From a plasmid, in the sequence record CP104424.1: a stretch of 64,000 bases of DNA; one strand, 5' to 3'. The position numbers and the translations under genes are program-made. The notes beneath the pieces were generated by a model. It was not told where the DNA came from. It was given only the letters and a program-made list of their open reading frames with translations, and did not search any database. Of the stretch, positions 8,961-19,127 are shown piece after piece; the stretch's first letter is position 1, and each line of letters begins with the position of its first letter.

Positions 8961-10162
8961 CTTACGCTCCCCTGGCTCATGGCCTGTGACAGTTCGCCAA
9001 GGCGCTGTCCGTAATACTGCCGTGCGGCCAGCGCAAGTTGCTGCCCGGCGATAACGTTACCCTGACGAATCTGCTCTTTCAGATCGTTCATCTGCCAGTT
9101 CAGCAGGGCGGTGGTGCGCAGCAGCTCACGGAGAAGGTTATCGCCTTCCATGCCCTGCAGATCCTGCTGCCAGTCGGTGTTGGCATACCGTCTGCCGGCT
9201 TCAAAGGCCTCAAACTCCCGCTGGCTCATGTGGCCACGGGTGCGGGCTTCTGATGATGCGGTCCGGTCAAAATATGCCGCAGCTGACGGTGACTGCAGGG
9301 CTTCAGTCAGTGCCCCACGGGTGGCTTCATTAGGGGTACTGTCAGCAATCAGTGACAGCTGCGGATGAGAGGCGGCATCGATGATGCCGTTGTATTCATT
9401 CTGCAGGCCCACATACGTGCGCCCGGTCTGTGTGCCCACTTCTCCTTTCCCCGGGGCACGACCCGCTGACGGTCTGGCGGTGTTTTTCATATAAGCCGTC
9501 GCAGCATCAATCTGTTTCTGATCCCAGGTGAGAGCGGCCGGGGTATCTGCTGTGCCTGCGCCCTGATAGAGCGATCGTACCTGGCTGTCTCCGCCCGGCA
9601 GATCGCCCACGGCAGGGCAGACATCAGTTCCGCCAAAGCGGGCATACTCCGCTTCCGTGCAGTAACCGGCGTGGATGCCGGCACTGTCATACGCCTCGCG
9701 GACCGGGGAGTCCGCAGCCCGGGAGAGACGTTCCCGGATGGGTTTACTGCTGACCCCTCCCCCCTGACTCAGACGTGCCGCTGCAGACGCTGCTGCCCGG
9801 CGGCTTTCTGCTGCAATGCCGGACGCGGATTCACTGCAGATGGAGTCCGGCACGCTGAAGCTTTTCCTGGCCTCCTCGAGGCGGTGTGTTTCATTACTGA
9901 ATATCATCTGCTGACGGGTGGCCTGCCCGTCCTGGGCAATGACGGTGGCCAGTTTTTCTGAGTTCTGGGTGATGGCTGTGCCGGTGGCCGTCTGCATACG
10001 GACCATTTCCTCCATGATGCCCTGTATGGTGGCCAGCTCCGGCATGATCTGTCGGGTGACCGGCTGACTGGACACAACATTCACAGAGTAGGCATGGGTG
10101 GCAGGGATAACCGCACAGCCTACAAGGAGTGCAAGCAGTGTGGTTGCAGATTGTCTTTGCAT
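8957..10162 (-). CDS. traW: TraW-position lipoprotein, about 401 aa from the internal ATG (MQRQSATTLLALLVGC)
   Basis: Lipobox LVGC after a hydrophobic leader; GGAG RBS before the internal ATG; the track ORF extends 35 codons upstream without an RBS. Confidence 0.55.
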   Translation of the reverse strand: MQRQSATTLLALLVGCAVIPATHAYSVNVVSSQPVTRQIMPELATIQGIMEEMVRMQTATGTAITQNSEKLATVIAQDGQATRQQMIFSNETHRLEEARKSFSVPDSICSESASGIAAESRRAAASAAARLSQGGGVSSKPIRERLSRAADSPVREAYDSAGIHAGYCTEAEYARFGGTDVCPAVGDLPGGDSQVRSLYQGAGTADTPAALTWDQKQIDAATAYMKNTARPSAGRAPGKGEVGTQTGRTYVGLQNEYNGIIDAASHPQLSLIADSTPNEATRGALTEALQSPSAAAYFDRTASSEARTRGHMSQREFEAFEAGRRYANTDWQQDLQGMEGDNLLRELLRTTALLNWQMNDLKEQIRQGNVIAGQQLALAARQYYGQRLGELSQAMSQGSVR

Positions 10163-10740
10163 TCTTTTTTCTCCGTTTTCGGGGGATACAGGATGTCTGG
10201 TACGCGATGACTGAGTGATTCCGGCAGCGGAGCCAGCGGGAAACACTGGAAGCGGCGCGTGATCCATCCCTGACGGTTACGGTTATCGATGAGCGTGAAG
10301 GTACGACGCTTCACGCGTTTCAGTGTCGGGGTGTCGCTTTCCATGACCGGCCAGTCTCCGGCTGTGAGTGCCGGTGTGCCGGGGACATCCGGCCACAGCC
10401 AGGTGTTGTCAGACATCAGCGCAGTGAGTGGTGCGGGCAGAAGCCAGTGAATGACATGCTGTATATCAAAAGGCGGTCGCTCCGGCACGTTAACCTGCCA
10501 GGTGGCCGTTGTTATCAGCGTGCCTGTCTCTCCGGGCAGGGCCAGGCGAATACCACTCATCTCCCCGTCAGCCCGTCTGTCACTGGCAAAAATGACCCGG
10601 GGATTGGGGGACGGTCGCAGTGTGAAGCAGGCGGACGGCAGGGTGAAGCTGAAACTGTCACCGTCCACGCGCAGTGTTTTCAGGAAGACCTGTCCCCGGG
10701 CAGGACGCCGGCAGCGGGGGGTGATATGAATGCTGTACAT
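10120..10740 (-). CDS. traV: TraV-position protein, 206 aa (start uncertain; overlaps the traW start)
   Basis: ORF and operon position only. Confidence 0.45.
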   Translation of the reverse strand: MYSIHITPRCRRPARGQVFLKTLRVDGDSFSFTLPSACFTLRPSPNPRVIFASDRRADGEMSGIRLALPGETGTLITTATWQVNVPERPPFDIQHVIHWLLPAPLTALMSDNTWLWPDVPGTPALTAGDWPVMESDTPTLKRVKRRTFTLIDNRNRQGWITRRFQCFPLAPLPESLSHRVPDILYPPKTEKKECKDNLQPHCLHSL

Positions 10741-13700
10741 CAGAGGTTATATCCCTGCTTACGGATGAGTTCTGCTGCCAGCTCATGGATGACGTTTTCA
10801 CTGTCATGTGTGCGGGCGCGGTGTTCTATCAGTGAGGTGGCTGAACCCCGGGGAAAGTGTTCGGCCAGGATCTGGCGTGCCCGCAGTGACCCCACCTCCT
10901 GCGTCAGCGCACGTCGCAGGGCGCTGTCTTTAGGAGAGGAGTTCAGTGCCCACAGCTCCAGTGGACCGAGGGTGAATTTCAGGATCCGGGCCAGCGTGCC
11001 GTTTTTTACACGGAACACAGCCAGTACCGGGACACCGCTGCCGTCCGGTGCGGCCCCTTCCGGCATTTTCAGGAAGCGCCGCAGTGTGACTTCCGGGACG
11101 CCAAAGTTATCCCGCAGGAACGGAATTTCGTCAGGGCGGTAACGCAGCAGCCACAGGGTGTTGGCGGATTTGAGCACGGCCGGAGGATAATGCTGCAGCA
11201 GCTGGGTGCTCAGCACCGTGCGTATCCCGAACTTACGCTGCTCCAGCTCCTGGGTGTCCAGGGCTTCCCAGATGAAGTTGATCCCTTTTGCATTGTGCAG
11301 TTCGTCATAGACTTTGGTCTTGACCTCCTGATCAAGCTGTTCAATGCGGCGGAAAATCACCTCATGGTAGCGTGGGTCGAGATTTTTCCGTATTTCCTCC
11401 TGATACTGCGGCAGGACAAAATCCCCGCCGGCGATCTGCCCGGCCAGCAGATACATGATACCGGTGCGCAGACGTCCGGCAGGTGTCTTGTCCCCGGCCA
11501 CATTGTTCAGATCAACGGCGACCACGCGGGTGTCGGGGCTGAGCATAAACCGGGTACAGCCGGACATCATCGGGTAGTCACTGTGTCCCTGATCGAGGGC
11601 ACGGCGGATGTAGTCCAGCAACCGCTCTTCCGAGTTATCACGCTGAACGGTGCCGAACACATCCCGGATGGACGGCTGTCCCAGCAGGGCGGACATTTCA
11701 GCCAGCAGGGGCATGGCCTGGTAGTGTGCCCGCTGGGCGGCGGGGATATTCCCTGCAATATGCAGCATGTCCCTGATTTCAAACCAGGTGGCGGCATTCC
11801 ACCATCCGGCATCATGTTGTTCAGCGATGCCGCTCTCTTCCAGGGCAAGATCCACCAGGGGTTCCGTACCTGCGCGGTAAAGTCTGGGGTTATTCTCGCC
11901 ATATTCCCGGAAGGCCAGGTCCACCAGGCTGCTGATGATTTGCCGGGTGTCGCCGGGATTACAGGGCTGACCGGTGCCGGTATCCACACACAATGCACAG
12001 AGGACGGAGACCATGAAGTTCTTTTCCGGTGTGACGGGTTTTCTGGCCCCGTACATCACATCAAACAGGTTGCGGGTGTGGTCCGGGTCATTACTCAGAA
12101 TGATCCCCACGGCTTCGTCCTTTCTCTGCTCAGGCAGGCTGTCACGGATAAGCTGTACCAGTCCCTGTGCACTGAATCCCTTGTCGATATAGGCAATGAA
12201 AGGGAGATTCTTCTGGGCTGAGGCTATCTGGATCTCCGACAGTGCGTTGATGAGTACCGATTTGCCCAGACCGGGTGCGCCGGGTGTCAGCTCCGTGTGC
12301 TTGTTCTGTTGTGATGACGCCAGCGCCACCTCCCATGCAGAGCCGTCTTCGGTGTGCATCATCAGATTTCCCTGTCCCCGCCAGACAGAGCCTGCCCTGT
12401 TCAGGGGAAACAGGGAAAGGGCGTGTGAAAGGGGCGGGTAAAGGGGGATCGGGCCGGAGCTGTGGGAGGCTGCCAGAACCGTGTTCACCCAGGCACGTCT
12501 CGGATCACCGAAGGTTGTGGTGGTGCCGCATACCCCCCAGCCTTCCAGCGCAGATTTCAGGAGAGCCTGGTTACGGGTACAGACTTCCCGGCTGTTTCCC
12601 CATGTGGTGGCAACAATGGTCATGATACAGACCGGATCATGCTTGTTGATGTCATTCAGCATCATTACCGAGTCATACATGGGCCGGAGAGGAGGAATAA
12701 AGCTGCTGTAGGTCAGCAGGGTTTTCTTGACCCCCAGCGCCTTCATGCCGTCGGGCATCAGATCCATCCGGATACGCCAGGGGATTGCACGGGGCACATC
12801 CCTGACCAGCTGGTTGAATGTCCGCAGATTCTGAGGGGGCAGGGTAATGGCGACCATACCGTGCCAGAGCTCACCGGCCTGAATCAGGCTGCCGTGTGTT
12901 TCAGGCTGTGTGGTGAATAACTGCAGATTCAGCGACGGTGCGTGGAATACAGAGGTATCCCCGCCCTGTCGCCAGCCGGCAGGACGGGCATCTTCAGGCA
13001 GATGAGGCTGCCATACTGCCGGTGTACTGTTGCGCTCCAGCTGGCGGCGGATTTCCCGTCCCACTTCATGGATATCCATCAGGCGAATCAGCAGGCCATC
13101 AGAATCATGTGTCAGGGCCTGCTCCAGCGTGTCCAGTAAGGCGTCATGCCGTATTTTGAGGGCGGAAAGTGTCCAGCGCCAGGGATCCTGCGCAAAACGG
13201 GCTGGCGGAGCGTGTTCAGCTAGTTTCCTGACACGGGTCTGATGGTCCTTGCGATCGGTCCGGCTCAGCAGTTCTTCAGAGCTCCAGACGGTCAGCCAGC
13301 AGCGCTCCCGGACAAGCCAGGGGGTGAGTGTGGTGACTTTTTCATCCAGGACGTCCTGAAGCAGGATCCCCGTGCGTGCGATGGATTTTCGCTGGGGTAA
13401 GAGCATGGCTTCGATTTCATCCCTTCCACGCTCCGGATCGCGTTCGAAAACAAAACTGATTTTGTGGCCGGAATTTTTCCAGGCCGTGTTCATTCGCTCA
13501 GCCAGTGCTGCAATCAGTGACTCCAGTGTCCCGGGGGCCGTCTGGTCCGGGTTTTCATCCATTTCTTTCAGGGCACCGCTGATTTCAAAGACGGAAAGGT
13601 AATACCCCTGTTTTGTGGTGGCAATGTAGGGGGCTTTCAGCCAGGGGCGGCGTTCGCGGTCCTGCTGGTCCAGACCGATGACGGTGTGCAGATCACAGTA

Positions 13701-13796
13701 ATCGGGGAAGAATGCGGAAACGGAATACCGTGACAGGGTACTGATACAGTCTTCAATGGCAAAAATAATGCGGTTGATATTCATGGCATGGGGCAC
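10740..13796 (-). CDS. traU: TraU-like type IVB secretion ATPase (DotO/IcmB, VirB4-like), 1018 aa
   Basis: Walker A GAPGLGKSVL; size and position fit R64 TraU. Confidence 0.8.
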   Translation of the reverse strand: MPHAMNINRIIFAIEDCISTLSRYSVSAFFPDYCDLHTVIGLDQQDRERRPWLKAPYIATTKQGYYLSVFEISGALKEMDENPDQTAPGTLESLIAALAERMNTAWKNSGHKISFVFERDPERGRDEIEAMLLPQRKSIARTGILLQDVLDEKVTTLTPWLVRERCWLTVWSSEELLSRTDRKDHQTRVRKLAEHAPPARFAQDPWRWTLSALKIRHDALLDTLEQALTHDSDGLLIRLMDIHEVGREIRRQLERNSTPAVWQPHLPEDARPAGWRQGGDTSVFHAPSLNLQLFTTQPETHGSLIQAGELWHGMVAITLPPQNLRTFNQLVRDVPRAIPWRIRMDLMPDGMKALGVKKTLLTYSSFIPPLRPMYDSVMMLNDINKHDPVCIMTIVATTWGNSREVCTRNQALLKSALEGWGVCGTTTTFGDPRRAWVNTVLAASHSSGPIPLYPPLSHALSLFPLNRAGSVWRGQGNLMMHTEDGSAWEVALASSQQNKHTELTPGAPGLGKSVLINALSEIQIASAQKNLPFIAYIDKGFSAQGLVQLIRDSLPEQRKDEAVGIILSNDPDHTRNLFDVMYGARKPVTPEKNFMVSVLCALCVDTGTGQPCNPGDTRQIISSLVDLAFREYGENNPRLYRAGTEPLVDLALEESGIAEQHDAGWWNAATWFEIRDMLHIAGNIPAAQRAHYQAMPLLAEMSALLGQPSIRDVFGTVQRDNSEERLLDYIRRALDQGHSDYPMMSGCTRFMLSPDTRVVAVDLNNVAGDKTPAGRLRTGIMYLLAGQIAGGDFVLPQYQEEIRKNLDPRYHEVIFRRIEQLDQEVKTKVYDELHNAKGINFIWEALDTQELEQRKFGIRTVLSTQLLQHYPPAVLKSANTLWLLRYRPDEIPFLRDNFGVPEVTLRRFLKMPEGAAPDGSGVPVLAVFRVKNGTLARILKFTLGPLELWALNSSPKDSALRRALTQEVGSLRARQILAEHFPRGSATSLIEHRARTHDSENVIHELAAELIRKQGYNL

Positions 13797-14078
13797 TCCG
13801 GTAAGGATGAATCATCACGGTCTTATATTTTTTGATGCCACAGCAGGGGATGTGGCATGAAAAAACAGCAGAGAAGATAAATAATCTGTTGAGGGGCAGG
13901 GGCGTATTTCTGTGTGATTACACCCGGATAAATAAACTGCTGTCGGCGAATGAACCGGGCAATCTCTTTTTCATCTCCGTCAGGCGGAATATCGTCAGTC
14001 AGCGACCGGATAATAAAGTGCCGGAATGCATCTGCGGAGAACTGATATCCGGCAGAACGTCACCGGCACCGGTGTGTG

Positions 14079-14897
14079 TCACATGACGTACTTTTTGTCA
14101 GGAAACGAATCCGGCAGCAGAATGAGCGCCACCCCGTCCATTTTCTCCCTCAACGTTTTACGCTGTGCCGGCGGCCAGCGGCGCAGGGCATCAGCAAAAT
14201 CCGCCGGACGCCAGGTGCGGAATTTCTCCTCAACGGCCAGACGGTTCTGTACCAGGGCATTCAGGACTGCCCGTCCCTGCCTGACCCGCTGACGGTTATC
14301 GCTGAAAATCTCCTGCAGTGCCCGCGCATTGAGGGCAACCACCGAGGCCGGATGCAAATCGGGGAGCCAGACCATCACTCCCTGTGCGGCAGCGTAGCCG
14401 TTCAGACAGTGCCAGGCGTGGCAGAAGGCACAGAGATGAAAGGGCGGGCCTTCCGGCTGCAGCAGGTCACTTTCATTTTCGCTGAGTGCATCCGTTGTGA
14501 CGATTTGCGACTTTTCCACATGACGCAGGGCCAGTCGTCTGGCCGACAGGCGGGCCTGTGCCAGGGACCGCTCCGCATCCTGCAGGGTTCGGGTGTGTTT
14601 CTTTTTTTCGTCAGCGTTTTCCGGTACCGGACGTTTTTTCAGGCGCATCACCCGGGTGAGGTTTTTTTCCAGCAGGACGATCGTATCCCGGCAGGTGTCA
14701 GCCATCTGCTGTAATGGCCATGAATCTTCCAGAATGAAGCGGTGGGTGACGGTCCTGCGACAGCAGGGGCAGCGTCCCTCTGTTGAGAGCACTGGCGGTG
14801 GTAACAGGGCTTCACCGCTGAATACCGTGTCCGGTTGCGGGAGCGGGAAAAGCCATCGTTCCCGGACCGGGGCGATGAGTGGCGGGGTCTTTTTCAT
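14079..14897 (-). CDS. traT: TraT-position protein, 272 aa
   Basis: ORF, operon position, translationally close to its neighbours. Confidence 0.5.
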   Translation of the reverse strand: MKKTPPLIAPVRERWLFPLPQPDTVFSGEALLPPPVLSTEGRCPCCRRTVTHRFILEDSWPLQQMADTCRDTIVLLEKNLTRVMRLKKRPVPENADEKKKHTRTLQDAERSLAQARLSARRLALRHVEKSQIVTTDALSENESDLLQPEGPPFHLCAFCHAWHCLNGYAAAQGVMVWLPDLHPASVVALNARALQEIFSDNRQRVRQGRAVLNALVQNRLAVEEKFRTWRPADFADALRRWPPAQRKTLREKMDGVALILLPDSFPDKKYVM

Positions 14898-15063
14898 ACG
14901 CTTTTCTCTCTGTATACAGGGTGACGGCAGCCAGAATCAGTGCTGCTATAGCGGTGGAGTAACACTCTGCAAACACAAACTCCTGATTATCCCGGTTGTC
15001 GCGGGCAATCACGTTGCCGTGCTCTGTTCTGAGCAGGGTGAAAGGGGGTAGCTCACAGGACAT
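14812..15063 (-). CDS. possible TraS-position small protein (about 83 aa; overlaps the traT start by about 85 nt)
   Basis: Counting ORFs predicts a small gene here; one hydrophobic helix; start chosen at the internal ATG (MSCELPP). Confidence 0.3.
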   Translation of the reverse strand: MSCELPPFTLLRTEHGNVIARDNRDNQEFVFAECYSTAIAALILAAVTLYTERKAYEKDPATHRPGPGTMAFPAPATGHGIQR

Positions 15064-15119
15064 GGTCTGGTCCTCCTCATTGTGTGAAGACGGCACCGGT
15101 TTCCCGGTGCCTTTGCGGA

Positions 15120-15518
15120 TTAACTGATTGAAACCGGAGAAAGACCGAGCGTTTTCTGTCCGCTGCCCATCAGTTCCGGTACGACGGCAAGGCAGATGCC
15201 GACCAGAATTGACAGCAGGCAGGCCAGCCCTGCACCGGGTTTTTTACCGATTTGTTTGAGGCCAAGCAGGCCGCCGATAAAGAGCACCAGGCCAATAACC
15301 TGACCGATAGCCACAAACGAACTGCTGGAGCCTCTGGCACCATCGCCAACGGTTTTAATCATATCGAAGAGGGTATTTGCCATTGCGGTGTGGGGCAGCA
15401 GCATCACGGGAAGCAGCAGTAACAGGCGTACCAGCCGGTCACGGCAGGCCATCAGGCATAACTGAACATAAACAGATGCAGCGCGCAGACGCGCCGCCAT
15501 GGCACGAAGTCGTGACAT
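15120..15518 (-). CDS. traR: TraR-position small membrane protein, 132 aa from the ATG with AGGAG RBS
   Basis: Strong RBS (TAAAGGAGACACT-ATG) at the internal ATG; two TM helices. Confidence 0.5.
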   Translation of the reverse strand: MSRLRAMAARLRAASVYVQLCLMACRDRLVRLLLLLPVMLLPHTAMANTLFDMIKTVGDGARGSSSSFVAIGQVIGLVLFIGGLLGLKQIGKKPGAGLACLLSILVGICLAVVPELMGSGQKTLGLSPVSIS

Positions 15519-15564
15519 AGTGTCTCCTTTATTAACAGATTGATTTACTGAAAAAATACAGGGG

Positions 15565-16095
15565 TCAGAAGGCGATACCGAGGCTTGCCAGAGTGGCATC
15601 GATAACCCGGTCGTTGAAAACCAGCAGAACGCCGGCCACAAACTTGACGTTCCCTTTACTGATGGATTCACTGGCGCTCAGGGCGGTGTGCCCGTCCAGC
15701 AGTGATTTGCGCCAGATGGATATGCCGTTCATGACAAAACCGACGCCGGCCAGTTTTGCCAGTGAGAGAATGGCATTGACGGCACCGGCAGCGGCACCAA
15801 AGGAGCCCGGCTGCACGTATGCGATGGGGGCGAAAGAATCTGCCCTGAAGCCCATCTGGGTACCACCGGCATTGATCATTGAGGGCAGACTGACCAGCAT
15901 GCCGCAGATGAAGATACCGGCAATAAATTTTCCCGGTCCCATACTGCGACGTCCTTCTGCCCGGGCGCGCATCAGATGACCGATAAGGCCGATAATCCCC
16001 AGCAGCTCTCCCCAGGTAAAGAGAAACTCCATGCCTGCACTGAAAATACCGCTGGCAAAGTTCTCTATGGCTGTCAGGGCATCAATGCTCATCAT
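15565..16095 (-). CDS. traQ: TraQ-position membrane protein, 176 aa
   Basis: Multi-TM, Gly-rich; operon position. Confidence 0.5.
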   Translation of the reverse strand: MMSIDALTAIENFASGIFSAGMEFLFTWGELLGIIGLIGHLMRARAEGRRSMGPGKFIAGIFICGMLVSLPSMINAGGTQMGFRADSFAPIAYVQPGSFGAAAGAVNAILSLAKLAGVGFVMNGISIWRKSLLDGHTALSASESISKGNVKFVAGVLLVFNDRVIDATLASLGIAF

Positions 16096-16805
16096 CGTAA
16101 TGTACCGGCAGAGGTGATGACTGCCCGGCTGGACGGGTCAATCCGGGTGATGGTGATGTTTCCCAGACTGTCGCCTTCCCGTACTGCCCAGGCACTGCCC
16201 TGCCAGCGGATCCAGGCCATGCCTTTCTCCACCGACATGATTTTCATGCCCTGCAGAGGTGAAGGCAGGGTTTTCGCAGGCTGTCTGTTATTCCCGGTCG
16301 GGGCTGGCAGTGCTCCCTGCATCTGTAGGGTATGCACCTGCTTACGGGTCTCCTCAAGCAACTGACGGGTTTCCTGTGCCCAGGCCTCATCCTTCTGAAT
16401 GGCGTTACTGAGGGTGGTGATACTGTCCTTCAGCATGGTCAGGGTGCGCCGGATTTCCTCATCCCGTCTGTCCAGCTCTGCTTTCAGATCACGGGCAAGT
16501 TGCTGCATGTCTGCCTGTGGGGTAACCGGCGGTGCGGGCATGTTGTTTCCGCTCCCGGACTCCGTCATGGTCATGGGCTCTGCCCAGCTCTCAGCAGCGG
16601 GCGGTGTGACAGCAAAGCCTGCATCTGCAGGGGGCTCTGAGGGTGTCCGCAGAAACTTGTACCAGATGGCGACCAGGATGATGAGGGCACAGCCGGCCCA
16701 GACCGGCAGGCTGTATCCCATATACTGGCGTTTCAGGAAGGATTTGCCGGATGCCGGTGCCGTCGTTTCGCCAAAGCTGCCGGGATCTTCATGTTCGTTT
16801 TTCAT
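16092..16805 (-). CDS. traP: TraP-position bitopic protein with coiled-coil, 237 aa
   Basis: One TM helix plus coiled-coil region; start overlaps the traO stop. Confidence 0.5.
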   Translation of the reverse strand: MKNEHEDPGSFGETTAPASGKSFLKRQYMGYSLPVWAGCALIILVAIWYKFLRTPSEPPADAGFAVTPPAAESWAEPMTMTESGSGNNMPAPPVTPQADMQQLARDLKAELDRRDEEIRRTLTMLKDSITTLSNAIQKDEAWAQETRQLLEETRKQVHTLQMQGALPAPTGNNRQPAKTLPSPLQGMKIMSVEKGMAWIRWQGSAWAVREGDSLGNITITRIDPSSRAVITSAGTLR

Positions 16806-18139
16806 GGATAACTTTCCTGTTGTATGCCGTAGCGTTGCTGCATTTCATTCTGTTTACGGAGGACCGCCGCCCGGATCCTGTCAGAGGCCTGGTGCTCTGC
16901 CTCCGCCTGGGTGAGCGGACGTCCGGAGGAGGGGGACTCAGAAGGGGCAGTGCCGGAGGACGGCGTACTGATATCGTTGCTCATGACCGGCTCAACAAAC
17001 AGAATGGAGACGACCTCGCCCCGTGATACTGTCACCTGACGGTAAGGTTCGCTCTCTGCCTGGCGGGTCAGCAGCTGGCTGCCCCGTTCGGCCATGCCAC
17101 CTGCAATGACGCCGGCCAGCGCCTCTCCATCAGGCATTCCCACCCTGCCGGTAATACTGCCGTAGTTTCCCTGAAGGATCTGTGTGTTGGCGTCTTTGTA
17201 AAGACTTCCGACATTGCCCACCCCGCCAAGTACGGACGGCAGAACGATGTGCTTAAACCAGCGGTGGTTCACGTCGCTGGCCACGGTTGACATTCCTGTT
17301 CGTTCATTCAGGGCATATGCATTGACCTTCAGAAACATGCCCCGCCACATCATCCGGTCAAAGTGGATATCCATTCCCTGACCTGCGAGTCTGGCGTCCT
17401 GGCTGTAGAGAACGGCTCCGGCCCATGGCCCGGCAGGTACGGAGGCCACCACGCGGGAGACCGCATTGTCAGAGTCCACTGCGGTGTCGATGTAAGCCGG
17501 TACGCGGGTCAGTGCCGGTATCAGCTGGATCCCCTGACGTGTAGCCGGTGTTGCCAGACTCGTCTCCTGCAGACGGGGATGCTGTGATGTAACGGTACCG
17601 GACGGTGACGCATGAGGGGCTGTCCCGGGCGCGCCGGTGGTGCTCCACATGGCTGCTGCCACTACCGGTGGCCGGGCATCCTGATGCTGTGTGTTGATAC
17701 GGGCAAGCAGTTTCTGTAATGCCTCACGCCGTTTTTCCCGGGCCGTCTGATCTTCCTGAGGAGGGGATGCGTTTTGCCCGGAAGTGCCTGACTGATCATC
17801 GGGGGGATTATCCCTTTTCTGATCGTTTCCGGTATCGGTATCCAGTCCCCGGGGCAGACTGGCGATAAACGTCTCGTTATTACGTAACGCTTCTGCAGCA
17901 CCACGTTCATTGTCAGCCCGCAGTAAATCCCGGTAGTGCTGTGTCTCCATCACGTTCCGTCCGCCGCCGGACGTTGTGCTGTTGATATTGACTGACGAGA
18001 GCGATGCAGCGTTTTCGGGGGACAGCCAGGTGAGCAGCAGGTATCCGCCCCCGATGATAATCACGCCCCCCATAACCAGCAGGGCTGACAGCTTTTTGCC
18101 GGATTTTGCGGCTGTGTCCTGTTCTTGTTCTGCGCTCAT
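16802..18139 (-). CDS. traO: TraO-position Pro-rich envelope-spanning protein (DotG/VirB10-like features), 445 aa
   Basis: N-terminal TM, Pro/Gln-rich linker and conserved C-terminal domain. Confidence 0.55.
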   Translation of the reverse strand: MSAEQEQDTAAKSGKKLSALLVMGGVIIIGGGYLLLTWLSPENAASLSSVNINSTTSGGGRNVMETQHYRDLLRADNERGAAEALRNNETFIASLPRGLDTDTGNDQKRDNPPDDQSGTSGQNASPPQEDQTAREKRREALQKLLARINTQHQDARPPVVAAAMWSTTGAPGTAPHASPSGTVTSQHPRLQETSLATPATRQGIQLIPALTRVPAYIDTAVDSDNAVSRVVASVPAGPWAGAVLYSQDARLAGQGMDIHFDRMMWRGMFLKVNAYALNERTGMSTVASDVNHRWFKHIVLPSVLGGVGNVGSLYKDANTQILQGNYGSITGRVGMPDGEALAGVIAGGMAERGSQLLTRQAESEPYRQVTVSRGEVVSILFVEPVMSNDISTPSSGTAPSESPSSGRPLTQAEAEHQASDRIRAAVLRKQNEMQQRYGIQQESYP

Positions 18140-18142
18140 GAT

Positions 18143-19117
18143 TTACTCCAGTTCCGGGGTGACGTGAACGGACTGACCATTCACGGAGAAGGTGAGTAAG
18201 GGGGTCACCGGCAGTTTCCACAGCCGCGTACCATCAGCCGATGCCAGCGTCTGTTCAAATTCATCCCGCAGCATGGCCCGTGAGCGCACGAGAAGATCAT
18301 CGCCGTGTTGCCAGATGGTGGTGTCCGGGACGTTACCGGAGAATTTCAGGCGGCGGATGGCGGGATCATCCGGTGGCACACCGTCCAGAAAGGCCTGCAG
18401 AGTGGCGTCATGCAGGGCAATTTTTTCTGACGGTATGGACACCACCGGGCTGGCAGGTCCCTGCCGGGGAATGCGCAGATCCAGACGACTGTCGATTTCC
18501 TGACTCAGGGTAGTGGTGTCTGTTTCACCACTGGTGATATTCAGGATGACCGGTACAGACAATCCTTTGAGATAGACCGTCACATTCCCGGCAGCCCAGG
18601 CGCGCAGGGGGGTGACGGACACCATATTGCCGTTGAACTGCACGTCAAAGTGACCGGGCGCAGCGTTATAGGGCGGATCCGACTGTGGCCACGGACTGCC
18701 GTTGACGTCAGTGAAGGTCACCACGCTGACGTTATGCAGAGCGGTACGGACAAGGGGCAGGCTGGCCCCCGGAGACAGATTCACCGTGAGGGAACTGATA
18801 CGGGGCACCACACTGGTGAGCGGGGCACTGATGGCCCGTTCGTTATCGGCCATTATCCCACGGAGTTCACGAATTTCACCGGCATTCAGGGGAGAATCCA
18901 GCGATGCGCCTTCCTGTACAAGAGCAGCGCCGGGAGGCGGCAGGTTTCCCGGGAGTTGTGCGGCTGGCGGGGGACCGCCTGCCGGGGTGTTCCCGGTTGC
19001 CTGTGCGGTCTTTCCGCCGGTCTGCGGGCTTCGTGCATTTTTCCAGCCCGGGTTATCTGCAGCTGTGACAGTGCCGCACACAATAAGCAGTGCGCCAATA
19101 AGATGATGTATGTGCAT
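18143..19117 (-). CDS. traN: TraN-position secreted protein, about 325 aa from MHIHHLIGALLIVCGTVTA
   Basis: Signal peptide at the internal ATG; the 423-aa track ORF would overlap traM entirely, so the shorter start is preferred. Confidence 0.5.
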   Translation of the reverse strand: MHIHHLIGALLIVCGTVTAADNPGWKNARSPQTGGKTAQATGNTPAGGPPPAAQLPGNLPPPGAALVQEGASLDSPLNAGEIRELRGIMADNERAISAPLTSVVPRISSLTVNLSPGASLPLVRTALHNVSVVTFTDVNGSPWPQSDPPYNAAPGHFDVQFNGNMVSVTPLRAWAAGNVTVYLKGLSVPVILNITSGETDTTTLSQEIDSRLDLRIPRQGPASPVVSIPSEKIALHDATLQAFLDGVPPDDPAIRRLKFSGNVPDTTIWQHGDDLLVRSRAMLRDEFEQTLASADGTRLWKLPVTPLLTFSVNGQSVHVTPELE

Positions 19118-19127
19118 GATATGAGTC

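Noticed and set aside
11190-12221. 343-aa plus-strand ORF inside traU, and many other 100 to 250-aa ORFs antisense to traU, traO, sog (e.g. 22145..22882), traJ, pilQ and the flotillin gene (45452..46102)
   Set aside because: They lie entirely within, and opposite to, long GC-rich genes with strong family signatures. Their compositions are Arg/Ser/Gly/Pro-biased shadow-ORF artefacts, and none has an RBS or operon logic.
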